A stretch of 53,503 nt of DNA from a virus (Duplodnaviria; Caudoviricetes), in the IMG/VR virus record IMGVR_UViG_3300015370_000019, positions 1-53,503 of that record, one strand, 5' to 3'. The number at the start of each line of letters is the position of its first letter. The first letter of the stretch is position 1. A program made the position numbers and the translations under genes. Positions 32,520 through 40,237 of the stretch are shown in pieces. Below the pieces are notes generated by a model that worked only from the letters and a program-made list of their open reading frames with translations, searched no databases and was not told the DNA's origin.

Positions 32520-33524
32520 ATGAAGACACTTAGCACAGCACTGGCCGCTCTCGCAATCATCGCCTCCGGCTTTGGTATCGTGGCGGTTTCGACTTGGAAC
32601 AACCTTGAAATGCTGGCTGGCAAAAACATCACCATCGGTGAGTTCGGCCAGTTTTTCACGGATCTCAACTCTGTCACGGCCGTGCCCTTGGCCGTGGCGC
32701 TTTTCACCCCGGTGCTGATGGCGGCCGGGCACATGGCGCTGCGCCGCTGGCGCATCGTCATGGCTCTCTGCCTGATTGTGCCGGCCATTGGTGGCGTGGT
32801 CTTCGATCTCGCCACCTCGCTCGATCGCGTGGCCACCAATAACGATGCGATCAAGCACGAAAAGCGCAGCCACAACGCTGCGTTGGCCGCGGCAAGCGAA
32901 GCAATCACCCGTTGGGAGGATCGCCTCGCCACTGCCAAGGCCGGCATCGACAAGGAGTGCGGCGGCAAAGACCCCGCCAAGCTCACCGATGCCGGTTGGC
33001 CAAGCTGCCGCAATCACTGGCGGCAGGCAACGGCAGCGCAGTCTGCACTCGATGAAGCCCGCACTCAGCGCGCTTCGCTTGGTGCCGATGTGGTCGAGGA
33101 CTCCGGTGCCGTCATCGCCGCCGGCATGTTCAGTGGTCTTGGCGTCACCCCGGCGCTGTGGTCACGCTATAAGCCGGTGTTCCCGGTGATCTTCCTGCTT
33201 GGCGGCTCGTTTCTGGTGTCTTTCGGCTTTTCGCTGATGACGCCGGTGCGGGTCGCAACCGCTCAGCCGGCAACGGCTGCTGTGGCACGGCCGATGAAGA
33301 ACGTGACGCCAACTGCGGTGGCTCTTCCCACCCTCGAGGAGTCGGTTGTGGCGCTGGTGCGCGATGCCGGCAAGCTCAACAACGGTCAGCTCGCTGGCCT
33401 CATGGTTGAGCACCTTGGCTATGGCTCGGACGCCACCGCATCCCGCCGCGTCAAGGAACTCTGCGCCAACGGGCTGCTCAAAAAGCGGCAGGTTGGCAAA
33501 GAGGTCGAGATCGAGGTTGCCTGA
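32520..33524 (+). CDS. Multi-pass membrane protein with coiled-coil loop (Cys pair) and C-terminal winged HTH
   Basis: Three N-terminal hydrophobic helices, coiled-coil with ECGG...SC, a further TM helix, then LNNGQLA...SDATASRRVKELCANGLLKKRQVGK; RBS AAGGA. Confidence 0.75.
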   Translation: MKTLSTALAALAIIASGFGIVAVSTWNNLEMLAGKNITIGEFGQFFTDLNSVTAVPLAVALFTPVLMAAGHMALRRWRIVMALCLIVPAIGGVVFDLATSLDRVATNNDAIKHEKRSHNAALAAASEAITRWEDRLATAKAGIDKECGGKDPAKLTDAGWPSCRNHWRQATAAQSALDEARTQRASLGADVVEDSGAVIAAGMFSGLGVTPALWSRYKPVFPVIFLLGGSFLVSFGFSLMTPVRVATAQPATAAVARPMKNVTPTAVALPTLEESVVALVRDAGKLNNGQLAGLMVEHLGYGSDATASRRVKELCANGLLKKRQVGKEVEIEVA

Positions 33525-33561
33525 GCAGCCCAACACGACTTTAGAAAGTGTTGGCCATAAG

Positions 33562-33594
33562 AGGGTCGGTGCCCAGCGCACCGGCCCTTTTTTT
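33562..33594 (+). terminator. Intrinsic terminator closing the accessory transcript
   Basis: AGGGTCGGTGC-CCAGC-GCACCGGCCCT followed by a T-run. Confidence 0.85.
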
Positions 33595-33961
33595 GTCCTG
33601 AGCCCAGCCCCGGAATATTTCTTGGAATATTTGCCGCCGGTTTTGGGTGCTCATGGCGCCGGTCCTTTCGGCAATTCAGCCCAGTGCTGCCGTCAGTCGC
33701 GCGTCATGACCTTCGCGGCATGGATGCTTTCTGGTTTCCTTTACATTTTCAATTCCGCGCAATTGTATCGGCAATCCTTGCGCCAATTCCGCTTAGTTTT
33801 TAACGCTTGCGCCTCGTTTGCACATTTTCACACGTGAAAACGATAGCAATAACGGGCCTTTGACATTGTTGCATGTCATTCCGTCTTAATCTCTGGAAAT
33901 GTCGCCCAGCGCGCCTGCAACTGACGAAAACGTTGGCCGATCAACGCTGAAAACGACTTGG

Positions 33962-34378
33962 TTAGCTTTTCACTTCATCGTCGGCGCAGGCAACGCAGAA
34001 CCCCCCATCGCAATCATTGTGCAGCTTCTGAACTGGCCACCACTCGATGACAAATCCATCGAATGGCAGGCCGTATTGCTTGCGAAAGAAACGCCGCATC
34101 TTATCGAGGGTGACGAAGCCGTCCGCCCTGGCGAACTGGTGCGCGTCACCTGATGGCAGGCGCCAGCCATCGAGCACCAGGCAGTCCTCGGCAATCGTCA
34201 CCGGCCGCACCCGCCGGCAAACCACCTCACCGATCTTGCGGCATTCGCCGGTGCGTTGGCCGGTATAGAGCTGCAACGCATCGCCGGGCTGGCACCGGGC
34301 CGTGCGGCGAATGGTTTGCCGCTTGGCGCCGGCTTCCACCGCCGCTGCGAACTTGGGCATGAAATTGAGCGCCACCAT
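33962..34378 (-). CDS. ASCH-domain protein
   Basis: LNF...F...V..G.KRQTIR, PGDALQLYTG.R and FARADGF. Confidence 0.85.
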   Translation of the reverse strand: MVALNFMPKFAAAVEAGAKRQTIRRTARCQPGDALQLYTGQRTGECRKIGEVVCRRVRPVTIAEDCLVLDGWRLPSGDAHQFARADGFVTLDKMRRFFRKQYGLPFDGFVIEWWPVQKLHNDCDGGFCVACADDEVKS

Positions 34379-34650
34379 CAGCTGCCCCCGTTTCTGTGGA
34401 CCTGCGGCCACACCGTCAAAACCGGCTCAACAACCATGAGGTGCGGCAGCTCGAGCCAGGTGCAGGCCTGCGGCGTGGTGCCGATCAGACTAGGCACCAA
34501 ATGACCGGGCATGAGCCTCACCTCGAGATCATTGCGCCTGATGTGGTCACGCAGCCAGCCATTCATGAGGGCCAGCGTGGTGGGGCTAATGAGCTCGCCG
34601 GCATAAGCCTGGATCAGCGCATCGGCTATGATCTCGCCGTTGGTCTTCAT
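34378..34650 (-). CDS. Hypothetical protein
   Basis: Start/stop overlaps with both neighbours. Confidence 0.5.
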   Translation of the reverse strand: MKTNGEIIADALIQAYAGELISPTTLALMNGWLRDHIRRNDLEVRLMPGHLVPSLIGTTPQACTWLELPHLMVVEPVLTVWPQVHRNGGS

Positions 34651-34940
34651 CGCTTTTCAGCCCCCTTGATTGCCGCAAGGTAATCTGCCGGCGTCTGGTG
34701 GAGCCCGTCGCCGGCCTCTTGCGAAAGGTGCACACAGGCCATCTCGCAAACTTCGGAAATGCCCAACGGACTGGCGTAACTATCACGCATCAGGATCATC
34801 CCCCTCAGATGCCCAAAAATCGCAACCAGGTGAGCACGGCACGGCCGCTCTTTTTGACCCAACTGGAAGCGCGCCCATAGCTTGACCGCAGCGCGCCATT
34901 GGCGATCGAGATCAACGACACGGCCGCCCTTAATCTTCAT
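34647..34940 (-). CDS. Hypothetical protein
   Basis: Likely start MKIKGG; packed in the operon. Confidence 0.5.
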   Translation of the reverse strand: MKIKGGRVVDLDRQWRAAVKLWARFQLGQKERPCRAHLVAIFGHLRGMILMRDSYASPLGISEVCEMACVHLSQEAGDGLHQTPADYLAAIKGAEKR

Positions 34941-35130
34941 CGCCCTGGTCCTCGAGGTCATCAGCAAAGCCGGAACGCACCGGGTCGAACTCATCAGGCC
35001 AGCCGCAGCGCGTGCACTGCTCAGGCGCCCAGAACTCTGCGTCGTCAAGCTGCTCAGCGGTGGCGAGGTGCTCACCACACGCGTCGCACCACAGGCCGTG
35101 ATCATTGGTTGTCATGCCGTTGGTCTTCAT
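34930..35130 (-). CDS. Small acidic Zn-ribbon protein
   Basis: CDAC and CTRC motifs. Confidence 0.6.
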   Translation of the reverse strand: MKTNGMTTNDHGLWCDACGEHLATAEQLDDAEFWAPEQCTRCGWPDEFDPVRSGFADDLEDQGDED

Positions 35131-35477
35131 CGGCCACCCGCCCGAAACAGCAACCGACCGTGCAGCTCGATCTGCCGGTTGCGAGCCTCAACGTAACGGT
35201 TGCGGGCGGTGGTTGCCTCGAGTTCAAGCCGGCCTGCCAGCAGGTGTGCCTCATCAAGCTCGGCTGCCAGGTGCGGTGCGCGCGCCCGCAGCCTGGCGTT
35301 GTCATCGTCGCTGAGCGCGCGGCTCACCAGGCCGATCATGAACGATTGATATTCAACCTCAGGAACCGGCACCGCATTGAGCTGGCACCAGGCATGCAGC
35401 CGGCTGGCGATGGTGCGGGCGCGCTCTTCGGGCGTGCCGGCGATCGGGTCATTCCAGTTTTCGGGAAATCGCAGCAT
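35127..35477 (-). CDS. Hypothetical coiled-coil protein
   Basis: Start MLRFPE overlaps the upstream stop. Confidence 0.55.
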   Translation of the reverse strand: MLRFPENWNDPIAGTPEERARTIASRLHAWCQLNAVPVPEVEYQSFMIGLVSRALSDDDNARLRARAPHLAAELDEAHLLAGRLELEATTARNRYVEARNRQIELHGRLLFRAGGR

Positions 35478-36115
35478 CAAAACCGCCCCCTCTTTTCCAT
35501 GATCTCGCGCGCTTTGGCTTTCACCATGCGCTCGTGCTCCTCCCGCGTGAACACCTCGAAACGGCCTGAAAGCATCTCGCACTGCATCAGTGCGTCCTGC
35601 ATCAGCGGCGTCCACCACACCTCGAACGGCCCGAAATCAACGCCGTTCCTGAACCGGAACCGTAATTCATCGCCGTCCGTCTTCTCCTGGCGGCCGGTGA
35701 GGGCTTCATCGAGAGCCGTCTTGAGCCGCTCGGCACCGGCTTTCGAGTTGACGCCAATGACCGCGAGGCGCACCGCTCGGGTGGCCGGTTGCTGGTGGTC
35801 ATAGGTCGAGCCCAGCCGGCGCCAATCGGCCTGACGCTCAACGTGCAGTGGCCAGCAACCGCGGTTGTCGCCAAAGTAGCGCGGCGCCGGCCGCTCGAGC
35901 GCGATGAGGCCAACCCAATGGTGGTCGAGTTCATCCTCGGCCTGCCTTTCGTCATCCGATCGCCGCGGCCGCTTTGGCGTCTGATCTACATATTCGAACT
36001 CAGGGTTGCCGGTGCCATGCTCTCGAGGCTTCGGCGGCGGCGGTGCTACCTTATCGGCCGTCTTGAGCCCGTTTTCTTCGGCCAGTCTCTGCAACGTCAA
36101 TAATTCCGGATCCAT
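35477..36115 (-). CDS. Hypothetical protein
   Basis: 212-aa codon-biased ORF coupled to its neighbours. Confidence 0.6.
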   Translation of the reverse strand: MDPELLTLQRLAEENGLKTADKVAPPPPKPREHGTGNPEFEYVDQTPKRPRRSDDERQAEDELDHHWVGLIALERPAPRYFGDNRGCWPLHVERQADWRRLGSTYDHQQPATRAVRLAVIGVNSKAGAERLKTALDEALTGRQEKTDGDELRFRFRNGVDFGPFEVWWTPLMQDALMQCEMLSGRFEVFTREEHERMVKAKAREIMEKRGRF

Positions 36116-37050
36116 TAGATCACCCCCGCCCTTTCTCTAATCCGCCATGCCGCCTGCCGCTCCATCACCTCGCGCTCAATTTCCACTCTGACGCTGCCGC
36201 CAGGGCCGTTGGCGGCCGCCGTCACGATGTCGATAGCGTGGCTGTAGCGCTTGCGCGCCCATTCGTGGCTGCGCCCGCAGCGCTCGCCGAGCGTGCGCCA
36301 CGTGTAGCCCCACGATTTCCACACCACCAATTTCTGCTCCAGGTTAAGCCCGCCGGGCCGCCAGTCTTTCGGCCGGCGTGCCGGCGGGTAAAGCGACGTC
36401 AGCCAGCCCAGCGCTACGTCCCAATCGTCTCGATCGCGGCGGTTCGGCTCGAATGCGCGCGGCTCGAGCGGGGCGGCGTAGTCCCAGCGATCGCCAACGA
36501 TCTCGTGCACCGGCCAATTGATCTTGACGCCGAGCTGCACCTCGCGCACCACGCCGGGTGCGCGCGACGTCTTGAGACCGCGCAGCAGGCGGTGCTCGGC
36601 CTCGAGGCGGGAAATCGAGCCAGCCGGCGCGTAGCGATAGGGCCAATCGGTATCGGCAAGGCAGCCCGGAAGGTCGCCAACGACTTCAGGCGGCACAGCA
36701 AAGGCAGGCGACGGCTTGAGGCCGGCAACGGCTATCGGCTTCAGCGGCTGCCAGTGGGTCGGGTTGTCACGCAATGGGATGCGCTCAGGCGTCGGCCTCG
36801 AGCAGTCGATGTGGCGCCGCGCGCCGTTTTCCCACAGCCAGAAGCCCGGCACCGCCCAGCCGCGGCCAATGAGAATGGCGCGGGTGTTCTCGGCCAGCGA
36901 GCAGATGTCATATTCCTGATTTGTTGCGCCTTCGGATGCCCATTGGCCTTGCAGGCCAACATCCGGCGCCCCCGAAGCGTGACTCCTGGCCATCAGCGTA
37001 TTGCTCCCAAGACGGCCACGAGTGCGATTATCAATGCGTGCATGGCTCAC
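36115..37050 (-). CDS. DUF6362-like protein, candidate late regulator (Q-like position)
   Basis: C-terminal sigma-region-4-like HTH W..LGERCGRSHEWARKRY..AI; also ALGWL motif. Confidence 0.55.
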   Translation of the reverse strand: MSHARIDNRTRGRLGSNTLMARSHASGAPDVGLQGQWASEGATNQEYDICSLAENTRAILIGRGWAVPGFWLWENGARRHIDCSRPTPERIPLRDNPTHWQPLKPIAVAGLKPSPAFAVPPEVVGDLPGCLADTDWPYRYAPAGSISRLEAEHRLLRGLKTSRAPGVVREVQLGVKINWPVHEIVGDRWDYAAPLEPRAFEPNRRDRDDWDVALGWLTSLYPPARRPKDWRPGGLNLEQKLVVWKSWGYTWRTLGERCGRSHEWARKRYSHAIDIVTAAANGPGGSVRVEIEREVMERQAAWRIRERAGVI

Positions 37051-37790
37051 GCCTTCCCCGTTGAGCCGTAGCCCTGGTCGCCGCGCTCGGTCTCGGTGAG
37101 CTCATCAACCTCGAGCACCTCGAGGCGGTCGACGCGCTTGGGCACCAGCTGCGCGATGCGATCGCCGACGTTGACGCGAAACCGGGTGCTTGAGGTGTTG
37201 AGCAGCAGCGCAAACACCTCGCCGCGATAATCGCAATCGATGGTGCCGGGCGAGTTGAGCACGGTGATGCCGTCTTCCAGCGCCAGGCCGGAACGCGGCC
37301 GCACTTGGCACTCGAACCCTGGCGGCACTTCGATGGCAAAGCCGGTCGGAACCTTGCGGCGCTCGCCTGGCATGACCGTCAGCGAGGTGGCCGCGCAGAT
37401 GTCGAGGCCGGCGGCGCCGGCGCTCTTATAGGCCGGCAGCGGCAGCCCCTCGCCGTGGCTCAAGCGCTTGAACTTGAGCGCGGGCAGCTCATCGGTGATT
37501 TCGGCATCACCGGCGCCGGCTGTCACGGTTTCGCGGGCAACCACCGCCTCAGCCGGTGCCAGCCGCACCTCAGAGAGCGGCACCTTGATTGCTGCATTTT
37601 TGGGGTGGCTCCCATTAGGCCTCACGTGCGCCTCATTGGCGGTGAGCTTGACAACCTTTCCAAACCTCACCTCCGGGTCATCGAGGTGCTGCGCGTCAAA
37701 CGTGGTGGGGTTGCCCATCGCGTCAACGCAATAGACCACCTCATCACCATTTTTCAGTTTCTCAGCCATTGTCGGCGGTGTCCTTTCCAT
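37047..37790 (-). CDS. dut: Trimeric dUTPase with ~100-aa N-terminal extension
   Basis: All five motifs present: AGLD, RSGLA, GTIDCDYRGE, RIAQL and RGDQGYGSTG. Confidence 0.95.
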   Translation of the reverse strand: MERTPPTMAEKLKNGDEVVYCVDAMGNPTTFDAQHLDDPEVRFGKVVKLTANEAHVRPNGSHPKNAAIKVPLSEVRLAPAEAVVARETVTAGAGDAEITDELPALKFKRLSHGEGLPLPAYKSAGAAGLDICAATSLTVMPGERRKVPTGFAIEVPPGFECQVRPRSGLALEDGITVLNSPGTIDCDYRGEVFALLLNTSSTRFRVNVGDRIAQLVPKRVDRLEVLEVDELTETERGDQGYGSTGKA

Positions 37791-38076
37791 AGTTGCGCTG
37801 CCAAACCACGGGCTGCCTTTCGATTTTCCTGAGCCAGTTGGCCGGCACGCTCACAAAAGTGCCTTTAGGCCGGCCCTCAACGCGCACCTGCCTGATGCCG
37901 TTGATGCCTGGCCCCTGCACCTGGCCGGTGAGCACGGCGCAGCCGGTGCCTCGAGGCCAAACAGGGTTGCCCCCGGCGTCAGCTTCAAACTCCACGAAAT
38001 CGCCGTGTGTAGGCAGCGACGGCTCGCTGCCTCCTGAACCGTGCGCCGGAACCGGCCGGCCTTGTTCTTCACTCAT
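37762..38076 (-). CDS. Hypothetical protein
   Basis: Packed ORF in the operon. Confidence 0.5.
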   Translation of the reverse strand: MSEEQGRPVPAHGSGGSEPSLPTHGDFVEFEADAGGNPVWPRGTGCAVLTGQVQGPGINGIRQVRVEGRPKGTFVSVPANWLRKIERQPVVWQRNYGKDTADNG

Positions 38077-38353
38077 CTGGTTTCAGCTCCTTTGCTAGCA
38101 CCACCTTGCTGGTGGCCAGGTTTAGTGCTTTTCCGGCGCGCTGCAGCGCGGACTCAGCGTCACGCAAATAGCTTTCAAAGGCTGCCAGGCTGTCAAAGTC
38201 CGCCGGCCAAGCCAGAGCTCTTGAAACTTGTGCAGCCACGTTGGCAATCTCGCCGGCGGCCGATGCGGCCAGGTGGCGCGCGTCTTTGAGTTGGTCATAG
38301 GCAATGGTTGCCTGCGTCTCTGCAGAGGTTTTATCTGCGGTGGCTTCAGCCAT
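38069..38353 (-). CDS. Hypothetical helical protein
   Basis: Start MAEATADK with RBS GAGG. Confidence 0.55.
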   Translation of the reverse strand: MAEATADKTSAETQATIAYDQLKDARHLAASAAGEIANVAAQVSRALAWPADFDSLAAFESYLRDAESALQRAGKALNLATSKVVLAKELKPDE

Positions 38354-38894
38354 GATCTCGCCTCTCAACGTCAACCAGGTGCGTGATGTGCCAGGCACCG
38401 CTGCCCTTGGGCACAGCCTCGCGAATGAGCCAGGGTGCAACCTGGCTTTTCCATTCCTGCCACGGCACCCAACCGCCAACGCACATGCAGTTGATGTCAA
38501 AGGCGATCGGCTGGCCGTCTTGCAGCCCAGCGCCGATCCAGTGCGTGTGGCGGCAGCGCACCCGCATCGGCACGCCGGGCTCGGTCCACGGCCCCTCCCA
38601 CTGAATGCGCACCACGCCCCACGCCGGCACGGTGAACGGCTTGCCCCGGAGGCGCCAGACAAGGCCAAGCCGGGTGAGCACCTCCCACATCAGTATCGGG
38701 TTGGTGTAGCCCTTGGCTTCGAAATCGCCCATGTGCGGGCGTACTTCATCGAGCGTCAGGCCGGCGATCGCCGCGATTGCACCAGGACCGCAGTTGGCGC
38801 CCCACTCCTGGCTTGCGTGGCTGGCGTCATCGAGATCGAAGCGCGGCTTGGGCAAACCGATATATGGCTCAAGATACTCACCCGGTTGGATCAT
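38346..38894 (-). CDS. Phage protein with papain-like Cys/His/Asp arrangement
   Basis: NCGPGAIA...HWIG...FDIN. Confidence 0.55.
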   Translation of the reverse strand: MIQPGEYLEPYIGLPKPRFDLDDASHASQEWGANCGPGAIAAIAGLTLDEVRPHMGDFEAKGYTNPILMWEVLTRLGLVWRLRGKPFTVPAWGVVRIQWEGPWTEPGVPMRVRCRHTHWIGAGLQDGQPIAFDINCMCVGGWVPWQEWKSQVAPWLIREAVPKGSGAWHITHLVDVERRDHG

Positions 38895-39259
38895 GCCTCT
38901 GCCTCGCTGACAGCCGATGCCTTGCGGCGCTGCGTGGCGGTGGCCACCTCGCTGGCCGCGTCACGGGCGGCGCTGTAAGCCTCATCGAGATCGGTTGGCA
39001 ACTCCACCGCGCGCCGGTAGGTGTTGATAACGGCGTGCAGTTCGAGCTGCGCTGCCCGGTAGTCCTCATCCTGGCGCAGCTCCTTGACGACTTGCGCCAG
39101 CGCCTTCATGTCGTAGCCATCGGCCTTGGCCTCGGCCTTCACCTGCTTTAGGTCTTCCTGCAGGTCGCCGATCTCATCCAAGAGCCGCGACCACCGCTCA
39201 ACGACGCCCTTCAGCCGCTCGGCGGCGTTGTTGCCTAATTCGTCTGTAGTTTCATTCAT
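38891..39259 (-). CDS. GapR-like (DUF2312) DNA-binding protein
   Basis: AAERLKGVVER..RL..E...L.ED.K.V.AEAKADGYD.KAL..VV. Confidence 0.88.
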   Translation of the reverse strand: MNETTDELGNNAAERLKGVVERWSRLLDEIGDLQEDLKQVKAEAKADGYDMKALAQVVKELRQDEDYRAAQLELHAVINTYRRAVELPTDLDEAYSAARDAASEVATATQRRKASAVSEAEA

Positions 39260-39578
39260 CGTCGATGTCCCCCTCAGCTTCGACGCCGCCAAACAGCTCA
39301 TCGAGGTGCTTGCGGTAGGTTTCGACATCGCGGTGCGCTTGAAACTTGATGCACTCAAGCTGCACCGGCTGCCGGCTATCGATCACAAGCGAGCCGTCAT
39401 ATGCGATCTCGCGCACCACCGCCCGCAACCCGATTGGGTTGCGGGCGTCAGCGATGCCAATCTCAAACGGGCACACGCCGTCTGGCAGCCAATAGCCCAG
39501 CGGCTTCACCAGGCCGGTGTCTGGGCAATCGATCATCAGGAAGCCATATGGCTCCCGATCTGTGTCGAGGTCAGCCAT
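39252..39578 (-). CDS. Hypothetical protein
   Basis: Packed ORF in the operon. Confidence 0.5.
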   Translation of the reverse strand: MADLDTDREPYGFLMIDCPDTGLVKPLGYWLPDGVCPFEIGIADARNPIGLRAVVREIAYDGSLVIDSRQPVQLECIKFQAHRDVETYRKHLDELFGGVEAEGDIDDE

Positions 39579-40008
39579 TGTTGAAAACCTTGTCGATCTG
39601 CAGCTGCACGCTGGTCGTCATGGCGGCCAGGTCGCGGCGCATGACGCGCACCGCAACCGCCATGTTGTCAGGCCGGCGGCCGGCAACCGGCTCATCGATC
39701 GGCCTGATGGCGTTGACGGCAAGCTCGAGGCTGTTCGAAGCCTTCTCGAGCGCCTCACGCAGCTGGTTGAGTTGCGCGATCCTGTGCGCCGGGCCGGGTG
39801 CTGCCTCGATCGTCACGCCGCGCCGGATCGGCACGCCGTCAACGTAATCGGCAACCGAGTCGCGGGCGGCTGAAAGCAGCACCACGGCATCGGTGAGGCG
39901 CGGATCGGCGCCAACGGTTTCGGTGACTGCGATGGCTTCGCTGATGGCCAACTCGGCCATGTTCATGCGTTGGCGATCGATGCGGCGAGGGATTTCTTCA
40001 CTCGGCAT
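39571..40008 (-). CDS. Hypothetical phage protein
   Basis: Start MPSEEIPRR; AELAI..A...E..GADPRLTDAV.LL..AR..VADYVDG. Confidence 0.65.
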   Translation of the reverse strand: MPSEEIPRRIDRQRMNMAELAISEAIAVTETVGADPRLTDAVVLLSAARDSVADYVDGVPIRRGVTIEAAPGPAHRIAQLNQLREALEKASNSLELAVNAIRPIDEPVAGRRPDNMAVAVRVMRRDLAAMTTSVQLQIDKVFNNG

Positions 40009-40237
40009 TGGCAGTCCCCCTTTCCAATTCGGTGTTGACGTGGTGGCGCAGCACGTGCAGCTCATTGGTGATGCCGCGCACGTCGATGGCCATCTCAGAG
40101 CAGCCCTTGCCGCCAAGCATGATGTGGCGATTTCTGTCCTCGATGGCGTGCAACTCGGCCTTGGCGCGATCGAGTGCGGCGGTGGCGGCATCGATCGCGG
40201 CGGCGAGCGCGGTTAGCCGTTGGCGCTTGTCGCTCAT
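39998..40237 (-). CDS. Hypothetical protein
   Basis: Coupled to the helicase stop. Confidence 0.55.
   Translation of the reverse strand: MSDKRQRLTALAAAIDAATAALDRAKAELHAIEDRNRHIMLGGKGCSEMAIDVRGITNELHVLRHHVNTELERGTANAE

Noticed and set aside
32200-32523. ORF 32200-32523 and the 5' extension of ORF 32358-33524 as proteins
   Set aside because: No clear RBS, atypical composition and dense hairpins; the ATG at 32520 has an RBS and begins a hydrophobic segment
33826-33841. Second parS site (TTTCACACGTGAAAAC)
   Set aside because: Five mismatches to the 16-bp consensus; only the CACGTGAAA core matches
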